Shown here one piece after another: positions 52,294 through 64,000 of a stretch of 64,000 bases of DNA. Source of the stretch: Camelus ferus (Eukaryota); contig NC_045696.1 of the NCBI RefSeq assembly GCF_009834535.1, forward strand, positions 20,710,001-20,774,000, in the 5' to 3' direction. The notes beneath the pieces are model-generated. The model saw only the letters and a list, made by a program, of their open reading frames with translations, made no database searches and was not told the DNA's origin. Each line of letters begins with the position of its first letter. Position 1 is the first letter of the stretch. Made by a program: the position numbers and the translations under genes.

Positions 52294-55200
52294 CTCACTT
52301 AGGGGTAGGCAGATATCTCCAGGGAAAGTACATGCTCAGTTCAAACTCAGTTATTTATAATTCTCTCTCTGGGATCTTGGGCCACTCAACTCATAGCAGT
52401 TTTGAAAGTCTAAACTTAAACAGGGGTCTCTCCAATTCAGTTACAAATGGAGTCCCCTGGCTGCTGCTTCCCACTTGGCCTCTGTTCTCTTTTATATTAC
52501 TCTTCTCCCTACAGACTATTGGCTGATTTAATTGCTCTCTACAATCAAGAGAGTAATTTTTTTGAGTGGGGATATTTGGGATAATTTTTTACTGATTTTT
52601 CTCTCAATGAGAAGATTTAGTTAGTATCTGCTGCTTCTCCATCTTGTCCAGAAACAGAATTTTGTGATCATCTCTTTATATGCCATCCTAACTTTCCTTC
52701 TAGTACCCAACACAGTGTTGACACACATACCTCTTCAATAAATATTAATTTAATTAAGCATTGTACAAGCCACTTTAGTAACGTAACCCCTTAAAACTAC
52801 ATGTAAATGAGAACCAGGCAAAATTCTCAATCTATGAGTACTTTTGAGAACTACCCGAAATATGGAGTGAATTCTTTTAAATGAATAGCAAGTAAAAATT
52901 TTAACTATTGTAGAGAATCTGACTATAGAAAAGATAAGTAAAATGATGATCATAATGTATTGTAATGTGTACATTCATAGATAAAGCAAAGAATCTTGTA
53001 TGAGCAGAGAAGAGGAGCATTTTGAATTGTACTGTACTGGATGGAGAATTTAGAAGGCTTCCATGAGGTCAAACTTTGCCTAAAACCTGAAGGCAAATTA
53101 ATAATCCAAGTAAAGAATAAGGAAAAGGTCATTACAGATAAGAGGAGTGGCACATGTGAAGGCCCAGAGGTATGAAGGTAAATCTGAAACATGAGGAGGG
53201 TACATGCAAATGTAGCTAAATGCTGGGGGCATAATTGATCCCATTAAATATTAGTCAAATAAAGAAATGATAGAATTATAAATCCTTGACATTTGTTAAT
53301 CCCATAGTAATCACCCCTGTATATGAATAGCCTTAAGGATGGCTTTGATAAATTATGAAAGATACCAGAATATAGATGAAGACTGAGTTATTTAGGGTAG
53401 AACTCTAATCCATATTAGCTTATGTGTTGGAGAAAGACTACTATGCCTTCTACAGAATATTCACCTCTGCTACTCTTGGGGGCAGTGGGCTTCATTAGAT
53501 CAAAATCATTCTTCTGCTAAACACAGAATATATTTTGTTATATAGTAGACATTCTGGATAAAAGTCCAGTACTACTTTAAGACTATAATTATGGTCAGAT
53601 CACTTTATTAGTAGCACAGTTGGTTTAAATTACAAATCCCATTTACCTTTTTAAAATGGAAGTGTTGATGTGTTTTCTAAAAATACAATATAAGCAAAAT
53701 AGTTTTCCCCTGCAGAGTATTTTTTGATTCAAAAGAATAATGTGATCTTACCTCAGTTCTCAAAGCTGCCAAATAGTAGGCACTCATTAAATATATGAAA
53801 ATAAACCTCAGTGAAGTGGTTAAAATCATCATTTTGTCAACAATGTTTAGATTACACATTCTGCCTCTAGAAAAATCCCTTGTTCATTTAAATGTATTAA
53901 ATGTATAAAAATCCTCAAACCCTCATTAAGAGCACCAGACTCCTGAACACTAAGTTTACTTAACACTTTATTTTACTATTCAGTCTAGAAAATGGATTGT
54001 TATAATCCAGAAAAACTTTTTTTCCAAGAAATGCGTACGACCTAAAGAAAGAAATGGTGAAAAGCTTTTTTTAAAAGCAGCACGTAGGAACTTAAAAACC
54101 TGAAATAAGAACCCTAGTAACTGTCAGCTTAAACTTGTGATTCAAAACCAGTGTTAAAGAATTAGGATTACCCTATAAGTGCAACGTCGAGTTTCTAAGG
54201 AATAATAAAAAAGGAATAAGTTTAATTGCCAATATGTTACAAATGGGTTTCGTTTTAGTTCTCCAAAGTGTTGCCCTATTTTAACATCCTTTTCTAATTA
54301 AAAGCCACGTTTTAAGAGCTTAACTGTTGATACTCCTTCACCCTTTTGTTTTAAATTATTGTTATGCACAGGCCTGATGATGCATTTCTCGGGGCACATG
54401 CTGCCCCAGATGAAGTCAATGGCTAATTTTCTAGGATAAAGATTTCTATACCTATCTATAAAAATCAAAGAAGTGGAACATTGCAGACTTAAAACTGTCA
54501 CCAGTTGTTCAAATTCGGACAATGCTTCATAGGTAAATAAAGGGGGCTGCATGCTGGAAGCTTCTTTAAATACCTGTGGTATTTTGTTGTATTTATAAAT
54601 TAATATAAATTATCTTGATATTGATAAATCTGTGCTTACAGCTGTACTTAAGAAAAAGGTAGATCCTTAGAGTCTATGATTCCTTTATCTTTCAAAGAAA
54701 TAGACATTTTATTTTTTAAAGAAGCTTAGCTTTTGTAATGTAACTTGTAACTTCATTTAAAGCTGGATTTGTATATTTTCAAATGTGTGTCACTAGTAAA
54801 TAGTGATCATAAAGTAATTAAAACAATAAAGATATTCATTATCTTTATTAAAAATGATAATATATTAGATGGTACCTTCATTTTTTAAACTGCTTGAAAT
54901 AGCATTGTCCTCTATAATTGGGTCTTAAATAATTAAATCAGCAAGATTCAGTAAGCGCCATAGCAGTTTGTTACTTTCATAGCTGCTAACTTAATAAAAC
55001 CTCTGTTATCTCTTCATTTTGTGTAATTTCGACATTTCTAAAATGGTGTTTCTTTCCCAGACTTACTTTTGACTAAACTTATTTTTGTCCTAAAACTCTT
55101 GAAGTCAGTATTCATCAAAGTGTGCAGTGTCCAGAGGCGGAGAAGCAGTCCAATCGTGTAAACCTGAAAAATTTTGAAGAAAACTGATTTTCTCTGCTCC

Positions 55201-55679
55201 TCTTGCATTACTGGCTTTATTTAGCAAAGTGCAACAATAATAAAATAAAGCATTTGAACCTTCAGATTAAAGTCCAATACATAATAATAAAAATGTTTTA
55301 AAATGGACATTTGATAAATTGCAAAGTGGCAAGTTAAAGAAATGTAAGACGCACTTGAAATTTCCCATTGCACAATATGTCTCTGTCCTGCAAAAAATAG
55401 AAAACAAATGCTCATAAAATTCTCAAGAGGTTGGTTGTTGACGCAGTGAAATTTTGTCTGACCATGTCTAATGAAAATAGGAACAGATAGCAAGGGAAAT
55501 CTCTGGAGTGTCACGTGGAGAAACTTAGTTTGGATATAGTTTTTTCTTTTTTCTTTTACTTCCGCAACGAGAGTACTGAAAAAGAAGTCTGTGTTTCTAT
55601 CCATGGAAATGTTTCCCCTGTCGTGAGCTGAGGAGAAGCAATTCTTAACTACCTCTATTTATTATGTGTAATCCTTACT

Positions 55680-55935
55680 AATTATATTAGCTAACATGTG
55701 TGAAAAAACTAACTGTGGTGCAGGCATTCTGCTACGTGTTTTATATATTCTCCTTGGGCCCCATGACATTTCCATGAAGTGACTATTACTAATTATCCTC
55801 TTGCTGTTGATGAGGAAACAAAACCTTAGAGGTCCTACATAGCTTTTACAATATCAGGGAGCTCAAAGTAGCTGAGCTGGAATCTGAACCAATGGTTATC
55901 TGCTTCCAGAACCTAGTTCTTTTCATGCCATATAC
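55680..55935 (-). mobile_element. MIR SINE
   Basis: caggcattctgctacgtgttttatatatt...gatgaggaaacaaaaccttagagg...gagctggaatctgaacc. Confidence 0.75.
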
Positions 55936-56289
55936 CTTCTGTCATTGTAGAAAAGTATTTCAGACAACTCCCACTTTTAAACAGATAAACTTTGTTATAT
56001 TTGAAGTTAGTGTTGTAATAGCATCCACTGTAGACGTAAAATGATGTGTTGTTCATGAGCTGACACCTTTTAGCCATATTGACATCTTTGAAGAAGAGGG
56101 GAAACTGTTATATGCTTAGAATCTACACTCTAATGGTTCACTTATGTACTACATTACTTACGTATATTGTTTTTATTATTAAACCTATACTCTGTTTCCC
56201 ATTTTGTAATGAAAAAATTGTGGTCACAAGTGTTAAAGAATTTCCCATTTTTGCAGCTTTTATTTTCATATGTTTTAATACTTATATTG

Positions 56290-58400
56290 AAGTTGCAAGA
56301 GTACTTAAAAATTTATACTCTTCACCCAGGTTTCCCAATTTTAAAATTTTGTCATACTTGGTTCCTCTCTCTCACTCTATCTATATAATATACTCATTGG
56401 GGTGTATATATAATATACATACTTAAGTGGCCCAAGGGTTATATATAATACATAAAATATATTATGTGTATACATATATAAAAAAAGAGAAAGAGAATAG
56501 TATATAGGTATATATACTTATTTTATACCCTGGTTCTCATCAGTCTTTTTCTAATGAGACTTGGCATCCACTCCTGAATCTTACCTGAAACAATTATAAA
56601 TATCATGATCACTAAATGACATTTTTTGAGAATCTCCATCATTCTATCATTCCTTTACATTTATTAGGTGGAATTCAACACTAAATGAATAAGTTTACTT
56701 TCTCCCTCTTTACATAATTGTTTATTTAATTATTTAAATATAAACACATGGTTTCTCATTTTATTTATTGGTTATAATGTATAGATATTATTATTTATTT
56801 TGATAGTCAAGTTGTCCCAGATTTCTCCAGTGGGAGCACCTTCAAACTGGATCCAGTGTCCTTTTTTTTTTTTTTTTCACATACCGTAATTTTCTTTTCT
56901 TAAATTTCTTAATTGTTACTTTCTGGGGGAAAAAAAAAAGTTCCAGGCTTATTTTATACTTTACTTGTGTAGTTCTGTAATGAGCCAGTTACTCAGAGAG
57001 CCTTAGATCAAGTTTTCACACTGATACCTCCAATTACAATAGAACATCACAGGTGTTATTTTATTCTCTCTCTATTTGTATGTAGTATTCAACAATGAGA
57101 AAGCTGGCTCCATTTATCCTCAATAAAATTATTTTGCTCAAACTAAAAATAAAAAAAAAAATTAGTTTTATTATTTTTCATACTGACCCAGACTCACACA
57201 TGTTAATTATGACTTAGATTTTGTCTAGAGATTTTTATTTCTAGATTGTATACATTATCATGAAAATTCTGCATTTTAAAGTTACTTTGGTTAGTTCTTT
57301 TCTCCTCTTAAATGTTAGTCATTCAAAATAAGGTTGTTCTTTTTTTTCTGTTTGTAATTCTTTTCACCTTTTTTCCATCCTTATTGATTTTGTTTAATTT
57401 TTTACAGTGAGTTCCAAAAGTAAAACTATACAAAAGATATATTTAGAGAAGTTTTAAACCATGAGATCCAGCACTTCCAAGTTATTTTCACCTACTCACT
57501 ATAAATAATTACAATTTTGTCTGGCTTGTTTTTATTGGATTTCTTTTTGCAAGACTAAGCAGATACATGAATATTTAATTTTCCCTTTCTTCTGGAAAAA
57601 AAAGGAAAATATATACGCTCTTTTGCAGTTTGCTTTTCTTATGTAACAATATATCCTAGAAAGCACTCACTTAGTTAACGGAAATGCTGTATATTCCTTT
57701 TTGCAGCTGCATATGACTCCCATCTGAGGAGTTACCACAGTTTACTTAATCTTCCTATATATGGACATCTACTTTGTTTCCAAAATGTTGTAATTATAAA
57801 AAATGCTGTAATACATATTTTCATATTATTAGGCTACCTTCAGTGATGTTTCTGGGTCAAAATGTAAATGTATACATGGTTTAATCAACATAATCAAATT
57901 TCCTTTCATGCTGTATGAACCTGTGAGAATGCTCATTTCTCACAGCCTCACCAATATCAAGATTTTCATTTTTCATAATCTGATAGATGAGAAATGGTAT
58001 CTGAGTATAGGCTTGATTTGCATGTGTTTATAATGAGTGATTGAGAACATCTCATATGATTAAAGGTCATTATATCATTTTGTGAATCTCTTTTGATATG
58101 TTTTGCACATTTCCTGCATGGTTGTTAGTCTTGATTCCTTCAATTATAAGAATGTTTTATACACTTAAAACATACATTAACCCTTTATCTCTGATATATG
58201 TCGCAAATTTCTTCTTTTTGTTACTTGTTTTCTGTGTTCATGCTACTCAAGACATGCAAGTTTTTTTTTTTTTAATTTTCACATCAGATAAATGAATTTT
58301 CTATTGCAACTAGGTTTTGAGTCAAATTTAGAGATTCTTTCCCATAACTCAGATTAGAAAGGAATTTATCCATGATTTGAATGCTTCATGTCCTTTTAAA
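56290..58400 (-). mobile_element. Old L1 (L1MC/MD/ME-type) 3' region
   Basis: gttgtcccagatttctccagtgggagcaccttcaaactggatccagtgtcc; ctgatagatgagaaatggtatctg; attaaccctttatctctgatatatgtcgcaaat. Confidence 0.75.
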
Positions 58401-58794
58401 TTTACATATATCTATCTATCTGTTTTACAGTTAGATTTATTTTTCTTTCAGTAGGTGGGTTGAGCCCATTAACACTCAAGGGTAAGGTAGTATATTGGGT
58501 CTCAAGTTTTACATTACTTTGTGTTATACTTACTATGCTTATTATACAATAATTTTTTTTCTTTCTCTATACAGTGTGACTTCTTACATGTTTTTTTAAA
58601 TACTTTTGATATTTAAGAAAATTCCTATTTTCGCTCTAGTAGTTACCACTGTTCTTATACCTTTTAAAATTGTCTTTAGGCTCCTGTTATCTTGTTTAGC
58701 CTTTGAATGTCTGGTTAGTCAAGTTTAATGCCAGACAGAGGAAGATAAAAACTGTATTATACCAATTATAGGTGAAAAACAATGTTGAAATATT

Positions 58795-58945
58795 AAAACA
58801 AAAAGTAGAAAAGTGGTTGCCAGGGGCTAGTGGTTGGAAGAAATAGGGAGAGTTTGGTAAAAAGGTACAAATTTCAATTATAAAGTAAGGTCTGAAGATC
58901 TAATGCATACCATGGTAATTATAGTTGGTAACACTGCATTGTTGA
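58795..58945 (+). mobile_element. L1MA-type 3' UTR fragment
   Basis: gtggttgccaggggctag...aaaggtacaaatttcaattataa...ctgaagatctaatg. Confidence 0.75.
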
Positions 58946-59411
58946 GTATTTTTGACTCCCACCTATTTCCTATGGATCAGATAGTGTGCTTAAACTACTT
59001 TAGTTTTTCTTTCTCTCATCTCCCTTTGTTACATTAATTTTTATTTTTCAGAACATATAATATTATGTACTTTTCTTCCATATATGTATACACTTTAAAA
59101 CACTTAGAACTACTTTTAACTATACGAAATGTTAGCCATCATTCCTTTTGCCACTGATTCCTCCATTATCTCTTTTTTTGATGAAGGGCATCCTTTTGTA
59201 GAGTCTCAAGAAAGAATTGTGGCCCAGTGTGTATTCCCTGAGTGTAGCATTTTACAACTTGTTGCTGTCCTCTAGTGTTCTTGGTGTTAGAAGGGTAACT
59301 GAGTTGGATATAAAATCCTTACCTCCCACAATATTTACTAACCTGCTGTTCTCCTCAACTCACAAATATTCGTGTGTGTTCATACTGATCTTTGCTTATC
59401 TTTGTATCTTG

Positions 59412-59756
59412 TGCATTTTAGGCTGAATGTTTACGTCCCCCAAATTCATATATTAAAACTTAATTCTCAGCGTAATGGTTTTGAAGGTAGAACTTTTGGA
59501 AGTGATTAGATTATGAGAATACAACCCTCATGAATGGGATTAAGGTCCTTACAAAAGAGACCCCACAGACCTTCCCTCCCAAGTGAGGGGACAGCAAGGA
59601 GGCAGCAGCCTAAGAACCAGGAAGCAGGTTCTTACCAGACATCAAATCTGAAGCTTCCTTCATCTTGGACCTCTCAGATGTCAGAAATATTTGTTTGTTT
59701 TTTAAGTCACTCAGTCTGTGTTATTTTTGTTATAGCAGCTTGAATGAACAAAGGCA
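59412..59756 (+). mobile_element. MaLR solo LTR, MLT1A-like
   Basis: ggctgaatgtttacgtcccccaaattcatat...ccctcatgaatgggatta...tttgttatagcagcttgaatgaacaaaggCA. Confidence 0.88.
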
Positions 59757-59859
59757 TTTTGTCACATGGATCTGTTTCTAATTCCCCATTTCCATTCTGA
59801 TTAGTTTTGTTTTCTTTACTTTTAACTCAGATCATTTGTGAACATTACCAAAACAAAAG

Positions 59860-59924
59860 CCTCTCTCTCTCTCTCCCTCTCTCCCTCTCTCCCTCTCTCC
59901 CTCTCTCCCTCTCTCCCTCTCTCC

Positions 59925-59959
<35 letters not shown>

Positions 59960-60030
59960 CCCCTCTCTCCCCCCCCCTCTGTCTCTCCCTGTCTCTCCCT
60001 CCCTCTCTCTCTCTCCCTCTCTGCCTCTTC
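59860..60030. repeat. (CT)/(CTCTCC)n polypyrimidine tract
   Basis: About 170 nt that are almost purely C/T. Confidence 0.97.
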
Positions 60031-62324
60031 CAGCTACTGCTTTATGAACCACATCTCTTTTCCATCACTTATTGTGCAGTACTCTGTCTCATTATTCTTC
60101 TGTAGGTGGCAGTAACACAAGGGGGACAAAAGCTTATAATGGTGAATAACCTCAGATAGCATTATAAATGTTTCTAGACTACAAACACTTATCACATGTA
60201 TCACGTGGATAATATCTGTATTTTAATTATTTTGGTATCCTATATGGCTAGCACAGTATTCACCCTTAGTTGATACTTGGTGATATGTGTAAAATTCATT
60301 TAAATGTTAACAGTTTCACTACTTTTGAAATGTAATTTTGGAAATAGAGAATAATTATCGCTAATTTCACAGTAAGGATGACATCTTAAAGTTGGATTTT
60401 ATCTCTTAAAGAAGAGCAATGACACTAATAGAATCATGCAAATCATATGTTAATTTTATGGACAAGTACATCACTGCTGTAACTATTCCCAGCTTCCCAC
60501 CTAACTGAAATCACCCAGGTTATAATAGCCTAATCAAGGTTCAGAAGTTTGCACTTAGTATTTCTGGGATTTTTACCAAGAATTATGAAGGGGCTAACAA
60601 GTAAAGTGTTAGGAAACGTGCAGAATGAAGCACATTTCCAATTGATAAAGGTGAATAGATAACAAAGCTGGTCCTAATAACTCGATCCCTTGTAGTTTTC
60701 TGACTCCAGTTAACACCCAAACTTAAGGTAACAATGGCTTTTCACTTTCTGTAAAATGATCTCTGTTTCTCTTTGTTCCTCAGAGTCAGAAAAGCAAAAG
60801 TTACCCAAAAAGGGATTCCAGAACAAGGCTACAAACAGGGCATATTGAGGTGGTTGAGGCATAGCCCTGAGCAGCAGACTGTAGGGACTCCCAGAGCCAG
60901 GACAGGCTGGTGGTCCATAGTTTGTGTTGATAATGCACTTAATAAAGTTTTTGCTGTTCATCAGTTGGGATCGAGATAACCAAACTCCTTTTTGGCTGAA
61001 GATTTAGAGCACTTTATGGAAAAAATAAGAATAAGAGTTTTAAATTTCACTAAATAATTTGCAGCAGGAGTCAAGCCTGTTTAGTTTTATATTGTATCTA
61101 TAAGTAGATAAGAAAATATGATTTAAATTAAACAATTTATACATGTGAAAATTTTAAACATGGCCTGATGTATAATAAGCACACAAAATTGGCAAATACT
61201 GTTGTTGCTGCTGAAATATTTCCTGGTGTAGCCAGAGCTCTGAGTCTGCTGATAACTTGGTCCAAATAGTGCTCTCATATGTTGCTTAACTGCTGCCCAA
61301 CTTGAATTCTCTTCTGCCTTAGGCTCCTCTGGTTATAAACACAAGAAGCCTGGATATTGAAGCATAAATATTTAGAGGAATCAAATAAGTTAGGAATTTC
61401 TGATACCTCCCATCCATATCCTCAAAAATATGTGCTATCTTTATTCTGTCTTGATCTTACATGACCCCAGATCTGCTGCTGATATTATTTTTACCCCTAA
61501 AAGCATATGTGACAGCAAAATATGGAAGCATGAAATCACCATCCAGAAAAATGGCTAGACCAGAAAGGAACATGAAAGATGATGTGCACTTGCAGTTTCT
61601 GAGTGATTGATTTAGAAATACAAAGTAAGTAAAATTTCAGGTAGAAGTGAATTTAAGAGACTAGAAGGTCCTCATAAGAGACGCTCTTTTTAATTCAATA
61701 ATGTAGGCTGTTGATTAAAGTACTTTTCATGTGTTGACTTCATTGACATAAACATGGAATATATCTGGCAATCACTGAAATGAGAAATGTTCACTCTTGG
61801 AAGCTCGCTGGTGAGGATGATTCAAAAGGAAGTGCCAATTTTGAATACTAACTCCACTCTTGTTTTTAGGATTATCTCCAACTACTCTTAAATCACTTCC
61901 TGAAAAATAATTTCTTTCCTCAAACATTGTTCAAATATGAAACTTTCTCCTACTACTGTGAATACAAAGCCTTATCGTATATTTACTAAAATTGTAGCCC
62001 ATGACACAATATTATAATAGGATAGCTGTCAGTAAGATCATAGCAGTTTATTTTAATGATGCTCAGTTTCTTCATCAGAAAAAAAATGTATTTGTGGGGA
62101 GGGATGTTATACATATCTCACAGCTTATTCTTAAGATTTAAAGAGCATGTATTGAAATAGTGAGGGTCATAAAAAGTATGATGTGAATTTATCAGGTATT
62201 ATTCCTTTGAGCTAGAGTATGTTTATGTTCACACATAAAGAATTCAAAGTCCATGTAACCAAAATGAAGTAATTTGATTGCATCTACTCCTATGATCTCA
62301 GCTACCACAGTTAATGTTTCTCTT

Positions 62325-62770
62325 TGATTCATTTATTTATGTGAACGCATTTGATAGTGAGAACGCATTTGATAGGTGAGAATGCAGTGATGAGTGAAAA
62401 CAGACACAGCTCTCTGCTCTTGAAAAGTTTGTAGATGTTGACCAAGAATTCAGCCAATAAATTAATAAGTAGTAGTTAACTATGTGAAACGAGTGGGAAG
62501 AGAAGACATTTTTCTAAGCAGAGAAAAACAACATTGTAAACTGACTATACTGCAATTAAAAAAAAATATGAAAAGACTCTCTAACAGGAAAAAGAAAGGC
62601 CCATTCAAGGAGCAGACGATGATGGTGACCATGACAGGAAGATGCAGAATCACTAATAGCACCAGCAGCCAGTGTGGCTGGAGCGAGCAGAGGGTAGCGT
62701 TAAGTCCTAGAAGATTATAAGATAAAGCTGGAGGTGGTGGCCGATGCCAGAACATGTACCACTTCGCATT
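62325..62770 (-). mobile_element. LINE-2 3' fragment
   Basis: attcatttatttat tail, aatgcagtgatgagtgaaaacagacacagctctctgctct, ccagtgtggctggagcgag. Confidence 0.65.
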
Positions 62771-62865
62771 TATCAATAATATTTTTATCTTAACAGCAAT
62801 GAGATAAAAACTAGCAAATATGAATTAACAAACACAAGGGCAATATTCCATGAAGACAAGGAAGA

Positions 62866-63090
62866 TGTATTAGTTTCCTAGGGCTGCTACAATAAAGCAC
62901 CACAAACTGTTCTTAGAACAACAGAAATGTATTATCTCACAGTTTGGAAGCCAAAAGTCTGAAATTAGAGTGTTGGCAGGGCTTTGCTCCCTTGGAAAGT
63001 TCTAGGGCAGGATCTGTTCCAGACCTGTCTCCGAAGTTCATAATTCCTTGGCTTGTGACAGGAGAGCTCTAGTCTTCACATGGTATTTTC

Positions 63091-63132
<42 letters not shown>

Positions 63133-63298
63133 CTAATTTTCCCCTTTTATAAGGACACCAGTCATACTGGATTAAGGCCCTCTCTAACAGCCTCATCTTA
63201 ACTAATTATATCTCCAAGGACCTCATTTCTAATTAAAATCACATTTTAAGATAACTGGAGTATATGAATTTGTGGGTGTACACAATTCAGCCCACAAA
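62866..63298 (-). mobile_element. MaLR solo LTR, MLT1B/C-like, containing a (TG)n expansion at 63093-63130
   Basis: tgtattagtttcctagggctgct...aacaacagaaatgtattatctcacagtt...ccttttataaggacaccagtcatactggattaagg...acacaattcagccc. Confidence 0.92.
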
Positions 63299-64000
63299 AG
63301 AGGCATCTTTTAATGGCGTAGAATTGATCATTGGTATCAAACAAAATTTTTTCTTTTTGTTTGTTAATGTATATTTTATTTATTTTACTATTTACTTTTA
63401 AACAGTATCTTACAACTTATATTCCCCCATATTTGGGGTCTTCTAAAATGTTGACATTTCTTTATAGACTAAGTAACTAGGTAAGTATACTTACATAAAC
63501 CATATAAAATTTATACTAGGGTAACTGCATATTCATCTTCCATAAATTATTAGCTTTAATTTGATAGATAGACGAGGATTGTATTGCCCTTTATCTGTTT
63601 TCTAGACGTAGAACATTTAAATTAAGATGACAGTCAAGGCTCACATGTATTCCCTGTATCTTTCATAAGAAACTAGCACTGTGCAGAAGTGCAAACAATA
63701 AAAGGTATTTTTAGAAAAGCAGCAGAATTTAGGAGGAAGTGAGGCATAAAACAGAGGTGACTTAAAATTTTGGAGGAGAGAAGCGAAATAGAATTGGAAG
63801 GATACAAGAAAAGACAGTAGAAGCATGAATGTGGTGGGACCTTCAAATATCTGATAAAAAACAGCAGAAGGACATAGAATTCAGGAAGCAAAAACAAAAC
63901 AACAGCAATTAAAAAGAAACTCTCAAATCACCATCATACTGTTGATTAATATTAGTAAAAAAAGTACTGAGAGTTTAATACATTCAAATAACAAATAGGA

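Noticed and set aside
59807..60115. Ser/Leu/Pro and Arg/Glu/Gly repeat ORFs
   Set aside because: Translations of the CT microsatellite.
60710..60727. 18-nt plus-strand mini-exon before the candidate terminal exon
   Set aside because: The implied intron is only 56 nt, below the usual mammalian minimum.
1..64000. CRISPR arrays, operons or other prokaryotic systems
   Set aside because: The sequence is mammalian; no repeat-spacer arrays or dense ORFs.

Overview
AT-rich mammalian genomic DNA, almost certainly camelid (two Vic-1-type tRNA-derived SINEs; no ruminant, suid or primate SINEs seen). Much of it is old interspersed repeat (L1, L2, MIR, MaLR MLT1, MLT2, a MER34-like LTR, MER5, Tigger1). 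I recognise no intact cellular coding exon. The listed ORFs look like noise or repeat fragments. The one strongly structured locus is 39.8-42.8 kb. It holds a CpG-island promoter with tandem TCCCGCGAGA (BANP/CGCG-type) motifs. Directly abutting it is a 5'-truncated, internally deleted endogenous retrovirus on the minus strand. That ERV joins a class III (ERV-L/ERV-S-like) RNase H, Pol tail and polypurine tract to a decayed gamma-type env resembling ERV-R(b)/PABL-type Env. Its 3' LTR points a TATA box into the island and supplies a strong antisense splice donor, suggesting a bidirectional promoter rewired by the ERV. Family names come from recognition of consensus motifs, not database searches, and repeat boundaries are approximate.
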